63,549 bases of DNA from a virus (Duplodnaviria; Caudoviricetes). The stretch spans positions 1 to 63,549 of IMG/VR virus record IMGVR_UViG_3300036861_000361; one strand, given 5' to 3'. Below, one piece after another: positions 9,555 to 19,577 of this stretch (its first letter is position 1; the number at the start of each line of letters is the position of its first letter). The translations under genes and the position numbers were made by a program. Below the pieces are notes generated by a model. That model was not told the DNA's origin. It saw nothing but the letters and a program-made list of their open reading frames with translations, and did not search any database.

Positions 9555-9988
9555 ATCTGGTTGAGTTACAGTTGGGCCGCGTGTTTAGTACCTTCCGTAA
9601 GAGCGTGGAAGCCTTGCAGGACGACATCTTGCTGGATGCTGCCCAGATCATGCGCCGTGAGGAAGAGACCAGTATACGTGAGCGTTGGTATCGCAGCGGC
9701 GCAACACTCGGCTCACTGCAAGAGGAACTCGTTATTGATGGCCCACGCAAAACTTTTCGCCTGTTCCCGACCGCCACCAACAAGGGTGCGCCCTACCCAC
9801 TATTTGGTGAATATGGCACTGGCCGTCTGGGGGCAGCGACCGGGAGACCGGCACCCCGTGGTTACAAGTATGGTCAGCAGGCAGGCATGGCAGCGCGGCG
9901 GTTCTCGCGCATCGCAGTGAGCCTTGCCCGGCCACAAATCGAACGCATGGCAATTAAACGAGCACGACAGTTTGTGACAGTGAACTAA
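9551..9988 (+). CDS. Neck/tail-completion protein (HK97 gp10-like)
   Basis: RSGATLGS, YPLFGEYGTG, GMAARRF motifs. Confidence 0.7.
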   Translation: MNLVELQLGRVFSTFRKSVEALQDDILLDAAQIMRREEETSIRERWYRSGATLGSLQEELVIDGPRKTFRLFPTATNKGAPYPLFGEYGTGRLGAATGRPAPRGYKYGQQAGMAARRFSRIAVSLARPQIERMAIKRARQFVTVN

Positions 9989-10109
9989 TGTGGCAACACC
10001 GGACAACTGATGCGTGTGGCTGTGTCAAACGGTACGAAGTACGAGATGAACAGGTTGGGCCGTTACTTATAGAACGATTTTGGTGCATGGGGCATAAAAG
10101 AGAACTTGA

Positions 10110-10694
10110 ATGGCGTCTCCGCCAACAGCGAATGATATTAAGACGCAGCTTATCGCGTTATTGACACCTGTAATCGGCACTTCGGGGACGAAGAAGGTCA
10201 AGCTCCTTGACTCTTTACCGCTGGCATATCTGGTAGCAGAAGGGGAAGACCCAACTGTACTGAAGTCGCCGTTAGACATTGCCACGCTGGAAAGTGGTAA
10301 GACTGATACGCGGGTCAACTGCCTGATGATTACCGAACTGGGATTCGCCCAGGGGCCAGCGCAGTCGGACAGTACCAGGCGCACTATTCAGCCGCAGGGG
10401 CAGAACATCATTACGCGGCGATTTGGACTGGCTTATGTTTATCAATTTGGCACAGGCAGCGAGGCGATATTCTCGACAAACGTAGAGTTGATAAGGACAA
10501 CCTTGAACAGTAATCCCAAACTTGGATTTGCAACAGTAACAGCAGGGCTGGCTGGTCAGGGGTCGTACATCAAAGACCACGGCGGCCTGCAGATGCCATT
10601 GATGCTGCCAGCACCATTTAGTGGAATCATTTGTCATTCGGCTGAAGGAATCTTAACCGTAAGAGTGATTGAGCCACTGGGGAGTCCAAGCTAA
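10110..10694 (+). CDS. Putative tail terminator
   Basis: Synteny before tail tube; ends GSPS. Confidence 0.45.
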   Translation: MASPPTANDIKTQLIALLTPVIGTSGTKKVKLLDSLPLAYLVAEGEDPTVLKSPLDIATLESGKTDTRVNCLMITELGFAQGPAQSDSTRRTIQPQGQNIITRRFGLAYVYQFGTGSEAIFSTNVELIRTTLNSNPKLGFATVTAGLAGQGSYIKDHGGLQMPLMLPAPFSGIICHSAEGILTVRVIEPLGSPS

Positions 10695-11221
10695 TGCAAC
10701 TTTCGGAAGCTCTACGCCACGGAATCACCCTGCGTCCTGAGTCACACCAAGAGCGGTTCTGCAACGTCGAAAATCGCGGACTGTGCAGCGATGCATGGGG
10801 TGCAGCGATTGAAGCAGTGTACTCAATGGTGTCTCTCTGGAACTGGAACCCGAAGAACAGGTACGATTTTGAAGGTTGCATGGAGCAGTTTCGGTTGCTG
10901 CAGCATCACTACTTTGGACAATACTTCAAGATGCCTGCGCGTTGCCCACTGGCACAGCAACGATTCATCGAAGCCGGTGGCCGCATCATCAATCGCAAGG
11001 GCGAGGTCAAAATCGAGGGTGAGAAGATACACGACATCGGTGGCACAACCAGCGAGTGCAACAAGGTTGACCATCTCGCCGGATTCATCGACCACGCCTT
11101 CTACGCCCACGGCTGGTCACGAGAACAGGTTCTGGAAGCAGTCGAGTGGTACGAACAAACACGGGAGCAGGCAGCAGCCAATGTTCTCGTTGGTGAATTT
11201 CAACATTATCAGGTGAACTAG
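10694..11221 (+). CDS. Hypothetical protein
   Basis: Coupled ORF; MQLSEALRHG...DHAFYAHGWSREQV. Confidence 0.6.
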   Translation: MQLSEALRHGITLRPESHQERFCNVENRGLCSDAWGAAIEAVYSMVSLWNWNPKNRYDFEGCMEQFRLLQHHYFGQYFKMPARCPLAQQRFIEAGGRIINRKGEVKIEGEKIHDIGGTTSECNKVDHLAGFIDHAFYAHGWSREQVLEAVEWYEQTREQAAANVLVGEFQHYQVN

Positions 11222-11232
11222 GAGGCTACGCA

Positions 11233-12078
11233 ATGAGTCTATTTTCAGGTCAAGGCCCGGTCTTTTACAGTAACCGGAACCCAACAACTGGCCTCCCAAT
11301 CGAGTTTCACTGGTTCGGTAATGCACCGGCGTTCACGCTGGGCCTAGCCACCAACACACTGACTCACAAGGAGTCGTACACCGGCAACCGCACCACGGAC
11401 GCCCGCATCATCACCGAGTTGACTGCCACGGTCGCCATCACAGTCGATGACTTCAAGGAGTCCAACCTGTCGCTTGCAACCTACGGCTCCGGTTCACAAG
11501 TGGCTGCTGGCTCTGTGAGTGGTGAAGTGGTCTCGACGGTTGTACCGACCATTGGTGAGCGGTATGCATTGAAGTCCACTGGCCGCGTGTCCAATGTGGT
11601 GCTCAGTGGTGGCGGCGTAATTTCCGCAACCAAGTATACGGTAGACGCATCCGGTGTCATCGTATTCACCGACATCAGTGGCATCTCCGCCCCAGTCACT
11701 GCAGCCTATGACGAAGCAGCATCTCGCCAGGTCGGTATCTTCAAGACCGCTGCCCCGGAAGTCACCGTGCGGCTGGATGGTCTCAACACCGCCACCACAG
11801 TCAGTGGCGACTTCGAGCGCACTATTGTTGAGGTATTCAAGACCCGCCTCGACCCGGCTGAGAACTTTGGCTTGATCAACGATGAGTTTGGGCAGTTGGT
11901 CATCAACGGGTCGGCCCTAGTGGACACACTCAAGGCAGCCAGTTCACCCACGGGCCAGTTTGCGCGGTTCATCTACCTTGATCCACCGTCACAGACTGTG
12001 CCAAGTGCAAGCGTGAGTCCTTCCGTGAGTCCGAGCGGATCGGTTTCACCGTCACACTCCGCGTCTCCTTCAGTGTAG
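11233..12078 (+). CDS. Major tail (tube) protein with C-terminal Ser/Pro tag
   Basis: FSGQGPV..FGNAP..HKES tail-tube motifs; ends [26 protein letters not shown]. Confidence 0.85.
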   Translation: MSLFSGQGPVFYSNRNPTTGLPIEFHWFGNAPAFTLGLATNTLTHKESYTGNRTTDARIITELTATVAITVDDFKESNLSLATYGSGSQVAAGSVSGEVVSTVVPTIGERYALKSTGRVSNVVLSGGGVISATKYTVDASGVIVFTDISGISAPVTAAYDEAASRQVGIFKTAAPEVTVRLDGLNTATTVSGDFERTIVEVFKTRLDPAENFGLINDEFGQLVINGSALVDTLKAASSPTGQFARFIYLDPPSQTVPSASVSPSVSPSGSVSPSHSASPSV

Positions 12079-12146
12079 AGAGGCACTGTTGGGAACGTCC
12101 GCAAATGGGGCTGGCAAGTGTCAGCCTCTTTTGCTATTATTAGCCC

Positions 12147-12614
12147 ATGCCAAAACCAGCCAAGGACACCAGCACCCTACGAGAGATAGTCAACACCCCC
12201 GAGGAAGTGAAAGCCTTTGGGCGCACCTACTCCATCGGCAAGTTGACCTTCGGCCCCATGACGCAGGCTCTGGAGTACATCGGCCCAATGGGCTATCTGC
12301 TCCGCAAGCTGGCTGAGTTTCCCAAGGACAAGAAGGGCAACATGCAGGCGACTCCTGAGCAACTGATGGAGTTTGCGGTGACTGCCGTGAGCATCAGTGG
12401 GCCATCGGTCTTTGGGTTGGTCTCCGTCGCTACCAAAGAACCCATCGAGTGGCTGGAAGCACAGGATGCAATGGACGGCATGCGAATCTTCGCAAAGGTG
12501 GTTGAAAAGAATCTCGATTTTTTCTCCCGCGAGAACATCGAGCAGGTGACGGGAATGCTCGGCGGGCTACAGCAGCAAATCCCGAAGCTTGGTGGGGATA
12601 CGTCACTGAGCTAA
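12147..12614 (+). CDS. Tail assembly chaperone (gpG-like)
   Basis: Between tube and tape measure; NLDFF motif. Confidence 0.75.
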   Translation: MPKPAKDTSTLREIVNTPEEVKAFGRTYSIGKLTFGPMTQALEYIGPMGYLLRKLAEFPKDKKGNMQATPEQLMEFAVTAVSISGPSVFGLVSVATKEPIEWLEAQDAMDGMRIFAKVVEKNLDFFSRENIEQVTGMLGGLQQQIPKLGGDTSLS

Positions 12615-13027
12615 TCAAACATGGACATGGGCCACTGCAGAATATCATTGACAATTACACGATGGCCCACATCAATCACTTTCTCAGGGAAGTTGACAAG
12701 GCCGAGAGGCGAAGCAAAATAGGACGCATCTACGAATATCGCATCGCTCAGGCTGAGTCCAAGGGGTTCAAGGAAGCTATGGCCCGCCTGCATCGAGCTG
12801 AGCGCATTGCCGAGGCTAAGGAACAACAGGAAACCGGGTATCAACCCCCACAAGGAGCACCACCAATGACTGAGAAAGAAATCGAGGCCCTGCAAGGTCA
12901 GCAGCACATGAAATTTGCCAACCTACCTGCCGATGAGCAGGAGCAGTTCACAGCCCAGCGAGACGCAATGTGGTCACAAATCCCCGAGCATCTCAGGGAC
13001 AAGGCACGCAAGATGGCAGGGCACTGA
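12518..13027 (+). CDS. Tail assembly chaperone extension (gpGT-like) via -1 frameshift
   Basis: T TTT TTC heptamer at 12518-12524; -1 frame opens after TGA 12503-12505 and runs to 13027. Confidence 0.7.
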   Translation, partial: FFLPREHRAGDGNARRATAANPEAWWGYVTELIKHGHGPLQNIIDNYTMAHINHFLREVDKAERRSKIGRIYEYRIAQAESKGFKEAMARLHRAERIAEAKEQQETGYQPPQGAPPMTEKEIEALQGQQHMKFANLPADEQEQFTAQRDAMWSQIPEHLRDKARKMAGH

Positions 13028-13199
13028 TGCGGTATATGACAACTTACCCGATGTGGCTGCGTTCACTCCGTAGCAACCCCTTTCACCCTAAGTCGAGTAA
13101 GGTTATGCGGCGTCGTGTTGGTCGTTGGATTAGAAGATTTGAACGGCGGCATGGGGTTCGCTCTCGTTTCCGTGACCCTGAAGTGGTAAAGCAGTTTTA

Positions 13200-13394
13200 A
13201 TGTCTCCAGCCTTCATTGACGTGCGCTGTGAGCACTGCCAGAAACTGTTGTGCCGTGTCTCCCGTGACTTCTATGGACTGGTGGGCCTGAAGTGCCGCCA
13301 CTGCAAGAAGGATCAAGTTATCAGTCTCGCCACAATTCTCAAGCAGATGCCTGAAGATTCTGCTACAATCCCGCTAAGAGCACCCGCGCAATAA
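13200..13394 (+). CDS. Mu Com-like zinc-ribbon protein
   Basis: DVRCEHCQKLL...LKCRHCK. Confidence 0.65.
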   Translation: MSPAFIDVRCEHCQKLLCRVSRDFYGLVGLKCRHCKKDQVISLATILKQMPEDSATIPLRAPAQ

Positions 13395-13418
13395 GCCAGA
13401 GTGCCGGATACAACCGGC

Positions 13419-16400
13419 ATGGCTGACGATACCACACGTTTAATCATTTCCATAGAGACCCTGCTAAAAGGGGTCGATAAAACTCTCGCTGGCTTGTCGC
13501 AAGTCGAGAAGCGTCTGAAGTCTGTCGGCACTGCTATCTCCACTGGCGCAACTGACAAGAGCATTGCGCGAAACCTAGCGGCCCAACAGCGGACAGTGGA
13601 GGCTTTGCAACGGCAACGCAGTGCGGCTCTCATTGCTGAGGAACGCAAACGAATAGCAGCGGTCGAATCTCTCCAAGCGAAACGTAGTGCTGCACTAATT
13701 GCGCAAGAGAAAAAGCAGCAGGCGGATATTCAAACCGTGCAAAGGCGGGCTGCTGCTCAGCAACTCATTGAGAGTCAACGACAGCAGGCTGCTGTTAATT
13801 CGCTTCAGAGACAACGGAGTGCCGCCCTTATTGCTCAGGCGCGACAAGCAGAACAACTTGCAGCAAGACAAGCCAAAGCATCTTTCGCTGCGCTCCCCCA
13901 AGCAGATGCCCACGTACAGGCATTTCGCAAAATAGAAGCGGCTAACACAGCGGCGGCGGCATCTGCTAATGCACTCAATGCTCGCCTGCAATCCCTCGGT
14001 AACGGGCTGCGCTCACTGGGTCAAGGTGCGGCATCAATCGGCATTGGCCTGACCGTTGCGTTGACCGTGCCACTGGTGGCGTTTGGCAAGGCAGGACTGG
14101 ATGCGGCTGTCACCATTGACTCGCTGAGACGCGGACTCATTGCCATCGTCGGCTCATCCGCCGAGGCCGAAGTCCAACTAAAGCGGCTCACGGAAATCGC
14201 CAAACTTCCTGGTATCGGTTTCGAGGAAGCAATACAGGGGTCGATTCGATTACAAGCGGTTGGTTTCAGTGCCAAGGATGCCGAGAAGGCACTGATTGAG
14301 TTCAGCAATGCCATCGCGCTGACAGGTGGTGGCCGTGAGGAACTCAGCCGAGTCACGGTGCAGTTGGGCCAGTTGGCGGCCAAGGGCAAAGTGCTGAGTC
14401 AGGACTTGCGACCCATCATCGAGGCTGCTCCGGCTGTGGGTCGCGCTCTCAAGGCAGCGTTCGGTACAGTCAATGCCGATGACATCGCCAACCTCACTAC
14501 CAACTCCCGCGAATTCCTCGACGTGCTCACCAAGGAACTGGAGAAGTTGCCTCGCGTTGCTGGTGGTGCTAAGAATGCTTTTGAGAACTTCCGTGACACA
14601 ATATTTCGAGCCAGTGCGGCAATCGGTGATGCGCTCATTCCAGTACTGAGTAACCTCATTGATGTAATCGGCCCTGCAGTCACGCAGTTGGCCCAGTCGT
14701 TCCGTGAACTGCCAACACCAATACAGACGACTCTTGTGGCTATCGGTGCATTCGCAGCCGTACTTGGCCCAACCCTGTTTATATTTGGTCAGTTCACTAC
14801 TGGCATAGGCCGCACCATAGTTTCCCTTGCACAACTCAATGCTCTCGGACTGCTGCCTACCATTGCCAACTTCCGTCTGCTTGGTCAGGTGATGGCGGGA
14901 ACAGCATCCATTGCAGGGTCAGCCGGGCTATCGACGCTCATTGCTGCTGCGCCGTGGCTGGCCTTGGCTGTGGGTGTGGTTGCTGCGACAGTCGCTTTTG
15001 ATGCATGGCTGCACAAGAAACGGGAAATAATTAAGGTTGATGTCGAGGCTGCAAAGGCTCGCAATGCCCGGCTTGCCAGCGTTGATACCGAAGTCAAGTT
15101 CCTTCAGGATTTGCAGTCAAAGGTATCCCTCACTGCTGACCAGCAGAAGCGGCTGGAGCAGGCTTATGGCAGTCTCACCGGAGCAGCGAAAGTGCGTGTC
15201 AACGGCATTGAAGATGAAACTGAGAAGTTGAACGCTCTCATTGCCGCCAAGAAGGAGCAAGCCAAGATTGACGCCTTTGCCGCACGAGCCACGCAGGCCG
15301 CACTGGTTGAGAATGTTGTTACTGCACTTGAGAAGCAGACCAAGGCACAAAATGATCTCAACGGCGCAAAGGAACGCACTCTCACCTCGGCAGCCTTCCG
15401 CCGCTCCATTGAAAGTCTGGACATCACTGAGCAACAGACACGTCTGACTGAATTCCAGAACAAGGCTGCTATACAAGCCGAGGCCGCACAAGGAGATTTG
15501 AGCAGGGCGGAATTGGAGACTGGCAAGGCCATCAAGGTTCTCTCCGAGGTCACTGGGGTAAGCGTCAAGTCCCTGTTTGAGCAACTCAAAGCAGCGGGCA
15601 AGACTGAAGCGGAAATTACCCAGCTCCAGAAGGCTATAGATGCGCTGGCTAAGAGTGAGCAGGACGGGCTGGGCGCGGTTGACGATTTTACTAAGGCTCT
15701 CAATGACCAACTCAATGAACTGCTGAAGTTGGGCAAAGCGGCTCAGGACGCTGAAACCAGACGCAAAACAATCATCAGTGGTGCCGCTGCTGAAGCCCGC
15801 GAAGTCTCCGATTCATTTGAAGGCGCAACCAAGTGGATGAAAGCGTTCATTGCCGCCAACCCTGAAATCGGTGAGGCAGTGAAAAAGGAGTTGCAGCTTC
15901 AGGGCAAGTCGCTGGACGAGTTTCTGGAGGACACACTTGGCAAGCGAGACAAACGCGGTGGGGCACTGCGCAATGCTCAGGAACAACTGGCAAAGGCGAT
16001 TGCAGCTGCGGCTCTCTCATCTGCCGAGCAGGAGAACCAGATTGAGCACACCAAGAATGAGCGGCTGTTGCAGGAGAATGAGCATGCGTTCAAGCTGCAG
16101 CTCATCTCCTATCGCCAGTACCTGAACCAGCGTGCCTTTCTCACCAGCAGCAACATCGAATTGGAAATCAGAGAACAGGAGCGAATTGCCACCAATGCGC
16201 TCGCCCAACAGCAGCGGTTTGCAGATAGAGCAGCACGGGCTGGCATACCTGCACCTGAGCGTGTGAAGGCGAAAGCTGGAGCAGTCGAAGCAGAGAAGAT
16301 TGTCATCGAAGCCAACACCAAGATTCTCGCTCTCAGGGCCAAGCAGAAAGCTGACATAACTGAGATTGATCAACTGTTGGCTGAGTCGCAGCGGCAGCAG

Positions 16401-18344
16401 ATTAAGGACATCCGTCAACTGGAAATCGAGTACGCCACGTTGCGCGGTCGCATTGAGGACGCGCTGAACGCAGCCACCGATGAGAAGTTTCGTGAGAGCC
16501 TGTTGCAACTGGGACTGGCCCAAGACGATCTCAACAAACGATTTCAACTGGCAAAGGAAGCTAAGGACGCCGATAAGCAAGCAGAAATTAGTTTGGCCCA
16601 GGCAATTAACCAGCGACACATAGATGCCATCAACGGTATTGTTGATGAAGAGCGAGCCACTAATAAGCTGACTGTGGCACAGGAGTTCATCTCACAGGCC
16701 AAGCAGCGACAAGCCGATTTGGAGAAGCAGATAGCATTCGATGTTGACTTCCGTGGTCTCAAGGAAGAGGAAGCCATTCGGCGTCGGCTGGAAGGCGAGG
16801 AGAAGGTCAGGAACTCGCTGAAGATTGCCAAGGACATCATTCAGGAGACCATTGCGCGTCTTGAGCAACTCGGTCTCACTCCACCAAAGGGGTTGATAGA
16901 TTTTGTCAACGACGTGACGCTCGCCATGAAAGGGTTGGGTGAGTTGTCCTTCGCTGAGCAGTTCCGCTTGGCCCAGCAGGAATTCGACCGGCTCAACGAT
17001 GAGCGCATCGTGAAGATTCAGGACGTTGAGCGGGCAGTGCGCCACCGTGACCTGGCTGAGATTGAAGGGCGCATCCTTATCAAGAAACTCAATGGTGAGT
17101 ATGTGGCTGACCTTGAACGGCAGGCTGAGGTACTCAGGCAGATTGCTGAGAAGTCTGGTCAGCAAGGATTGCTCAAACAGGCTACCGATGCCCAGCAAGC
17201 TGCCAAGGACATTAGAGCAGCTACAGATGAGGTGGCGGATTTCAACATCGCTCTCCGTTCTACTACCATCGACGCTCTCCGTGAAGGCTTCTCACAGTTC
17301 TTCAAAGACCTCACCGACAACACCAAGTCAGCCAAGGAGAAACTGCTCAGCCTGCTTGACAGTGTGCGCAACCGTATCAACGATTTCATTGCCGAGCGGC
17401 TGGCGGACAAATTGATTGAGAGTCTGTTTGGCACTGGCAAAAAGGGCGAAGAGGGTCTGCTGGGTGGTATATTCAACAAGGTGCTGGGAATCGAGCCGGG
17501 GGCGGATACTGCTACGGCAGCGAACACAACGGCCACGGATGCCAACACCGAGGCCATCAATGGATTGACCACTGCATTTGGCGGGCAGGTTGCAGGTGGG
17601 ATAGGAGGGCTGTTTGGTGGTGGCGGTGGGGCAGGCGGCACGGTGGGCCAGGTTGCAGGAATTGCTGATAGCATACTCGGTAGTCTCGGCATCAGTGTTC
17701 CAGGTCTTGGAGAGACAGCACAAAAAGGTTCGACTGTAATCGAGGCACTGAACATCGTCTCTGACTGGCTGTCGAAGTTGTCAACTGCGGTGAAGGACTT
17801 GACCGATGCAGTCAACCAGAACACACAGGCGCAGGGTGGCAGTAGTTTACAACAAGGGATTACCGCGTTATTCGGTGGTGGAGGTGGTGAGGCAACTGGA
17901 GATATCATACCCGCTGCTCCCAAGGGCAGAATCATCCGTGTAGCCGAAGCTGGCTTTGATGAGGCCGTGCTCACCACCGACCCGAAGCATGCGCTCAGAC
18001 AAGCACGGATACTGCACGAGTTTCTCAGCCGCACCCATGGGCTGATGGGACGGTTTCGAGCAGTGCCTGAATTCGCTGAAGGTGGACTGCTCAGTGCGCG
18101 AGATGCCGAGGCCAACATGCTGCACTCGATTGCTGCCGGTCGCGTTGGCTCACCCAGCTTGCCTGACAGCGTAGTAGCTGGTGGTGGCAACCAAGTAACA
18201 CCTATCAACTTCCGCAACATCAACTTGTTCGACCGCAGGCGGCTGGTTGGCGATCACATCCGCTCAGCCGAGGGTGCAAGAGACATTATGAATATCATCT
18301 CCGAGAATTCGGACGAGATTGGCAGACGTATAGGAGTCAAATAG
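13419..18344 (+). CDS. Tape measure protein
   Basis: ~1640 aa Ala/Gln-rich helical, tape-measure domain QLGQLAAKGKVLSQDL; ATG 13419 or GTG 13401. Confidence 0.92.
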   Translation: MADDTTRLIISIETLLKGVDKTLAGLSQVEKRLKSVGTAISTGATDKSIARNLAAQQRTVEALQRQRSAALIAEERKRIAAVESLQAKRSAALIAQEKKQQADIQTVQRRAAAQQLIESQRQQAAVNSLQRQRSAALIAQARQAEQLAARQAKASFAALPQADAHVQAFRKIEAANTAAAASANALNARLQSLGNGLRSLGQGAASIGIGLTVALTVPLVAFGKAGLDAAVTIDSLRRGLIAIVGSSAEAEVQLKRLTEIAKLPGIGFEEAIQGSIRLQAVGFSAKDAEKALIEFSNAIALTGGGREELSRVTVQLGQLAAKGKVLSQDLRPIIEAAPAVGRALKAAFGTVNADDIANLTTNSREFLDVLTKELEKLPRVAGGAKNAFENFRDTIFRASAAIGDALIPVLSNLIDVIGPAVTQLAQSFRELPTPIQTTLVAIGAFAAVLGPTLFIFGQFTTGIGRTIVSLAQLNALGLLPTIANFRLLGQVMAGTASIAGSAGLSTLIAAAPWLALAVGVVAATVAFDAWLHKKREIIKVDVEAAKARNARLASVDTEVKFLQDLQSKVSLTADQQKRLEQAYGSLTGAAKVRVNGIEDETEKLNALIAAKKEQAKIDAFAARATQAALVENVVTALEKQTKAQNDLNGAKERTLTSAAFRRSIESLDITEQQTRLTEFQNKAAIQAEAAQGDLSRAELETGKAIKVLSEVTGVSVKSLFEQLKAAGKTEAEITQLQKAIDALAKSEQDGLGAVDDFTKALNDQLNELLKLGKAAQDAETRRKTIISGAAAEAREVSDSFEGATKWMKAFIAANPEIGEAVKKELQLQGKSLDEFLEDTLGKRDKRGGALRNAQEQLAKAIAAAALSSAEQENQIEHTKNERLLQENEHAFKLQLISYRQYLNQRAFLTSSNIELEIREQERIATNALAQQQRFADRAARAGIPAPERVKAKAGAVEAEKIVIEANTKILALRAKQKADITEIDQLLAESQRQQIKDIRQLEIEYATLRGRIEDALNAATDEKFRESLLQLGLAQDDLNKRFQLAKEAKDADKQAEISLAQAINQRHIDAINGIVDEERATNKLTVAQEFISQAKQRQADLEKQIAFDVDFRGLKEEEAIRRRLEGEEKVRNSLKIAKDIIQETIARLEQLGLTPPKGLIDFVNDVTLAMKGLGELSFAEQFRLAQQEFDRLNDERIVKIQDVERAVRHRDLAEIEGRILIKKLNGEYVADLERQAEVLRQIAEKSGQQGLLKQATDAQQAAKDIRAATDEVADFNIALRSTTIDALREGFSQFFKDLTDNTKSAKEKLLSLLDSVRNRINDFIAERLADKLIESLFGTGKKGEEGLLGGIFNKVLGIEPGADTATAANTTATDANTEAINGLTTAFGGQVAGGIGGLFGGGGGAGGTVGQVAGIADSILGSLGISVPGLGETAQKGSTVIEALNIVSDWLSKLSTAVKDLTDAVNQNTQAQGGSSLQQGITALFGGGGGEATGDIIPAAPKGRIIRVAEAGFDEAVLTTDPKHALRQARILHEFLSRTHGLMGRFRAVPEFAEGGLLSARDAEANMLHSIAAGRVGSPSLPDSVVAGGGNQVTPINFRNINLFDRRRLVGDHIRSAEGARDIMNIISENSDEIGRRIGVK

Positions 18345-18345
18345 C

Positions 18346-18756
18346 ATGGCCGGTGGCGCAACATTCTATACAGCAGGCGAGATACTGGACTTCATACTGC
18401 GGGCAGTGGCACCAAGCATTCCCGCGACTGTGTACCTGCGACTGCTGACTACACCTTCGACTAGGGGCACGAGCGGTACTGAGTCAACTTATGGAGCTTA
18501 TGCGCGACTCCCATTGGTGCGGGGGACAGCACTGTTTACCGATCCGGTACTGACTGGCCGAAGTGCCAATGTTGATCCGTTCGTGTTCCCAAGTCCCAGC
18601 AGTCCCGGTGATCCTATCGTCGCATTTGACATCGTAGACACCCCCAGTGGCGCAGTGGGCACTACATATCTATTCGGCGCTGTGTCACCGGCGCGGTCAA
18701 TCACTGTCGGCAAGGCAATTCGCTTTCCTGCTGGAGCACTGGAGGTCACGGCGTAG
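18346..18756 (+). CDS. Minor tail protein
   Basis: YARLP..FP..FPAGALEV pattern; follows tape measure. Confidence 0.6.
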   Translation: MAGGATFYTAGEILDFILRAVAPSIPATVYLRLLTTPSTRGTSGTESTYGAYARLPLVRGTALFTDPVLTGRSANVDPFVFPSPSSPGDPIVAFDIVDTPSGAVGTTYLFGAVSPARSITVGKAIRFPAGALEVTA

Positions 18757-19577
18757 TGGATCAATTTTACCTCTATGCTTTCCGAGACAGAGACCGTGAC
18801 TACCTATTCACTGGTGTGGGCCATGCGATCATCTTCGATGGTGCCGTGTATGCTCCAGTTAGCATCTCGCACTCCCCGCCCACATTCTCCTCCGACCCAT
18901 CGCAGGCCCGCGTCACCGTGCATCTGCGCGACAACCTGCTGGTAGCAATGAACTACATTTCACACCCGCCACCAAGCAAGACTGAGTTGGTAATCTACGA
19001 GGTATTGGAAACATCCGTGGTTGGCAACCAGCTTCAAGTGGAGCAGTTTGAACCGCACTGGTCAGGACAAGTCGTGCGGATAGCATGGCGGGATGGATTC
19101 AGGTCAGTGGATATGTCCTGTCGCACGGCCCACGAGATTCACTTCAGCCGGGAGACACTCACAGAGTCACTGAATCCACTATGCCGCTTCCACATTGGCG
19201 ATGGTCGCTGCCCGGTCAACATCGAGGACTTCAAAGAGACTGTGCAAGTGACAGGTATATCGGATGACATTTCTGAGCCAACTGTGACAGTGACAGGTTT
19301 AGCCCAACTCGACACCTACTACGCAGCAGGCATGATACGCACTGCCGATGACGATTGGCGCACAGTGGATAGGTGCGTGGCCGGTGTGTTGACACTATCA
19401 CGGGCATTTCCATCCACTGCGCTGCAAATCGGTGATGACGTAGATGTATTCGCCGGTGATGACCTCACGCTGGAGACTTGTGCAGTGAAGTTTGGCACAC
19501 CAACGAACTCAGGTGAAGCATGGGGCGGCTGGAAGCTGACACCTAATCGAGACTTTCAGAGGTTTGGGATTAAATGA
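18756..19577 (+). CDS. Tail tip/hub protein (DUF2163/BR0599-like)
   Basis: CRFHIGDGRCPV and GDDLTLETCAVKF..N..WGG motifs. Confidence 0.75.
   Translation: MDQFYLYAFRDRDRDYLFTGVGHAIIFDGAVYAPVSISHSPPTFSSDPSQARVTVHLRDNLLVAMNYISHPPPSKTELVIYEVLETSVVGNQLQVEQFEPHWSGQVVRIAWRDGFRSVDMSCRTAHEIHFSRETLTESLNPLCRFHIGDGRCPVNIEDFKETVQVTGISDDISEPTVTVTGLAQLDTYYAAGMIRTADDDWRTVDRCVAGVLTLSRAFPSTALQIGDDVDVFAGDDLTLETCAVKFGTPTNSGEAWGGWKLTPNRDFQRFGIK

Noticed and set aside
13695-18223. Long alternative ORFs within the tape measure gene
   Set aside because: Antisense or frame shadows with no motifs or RBS
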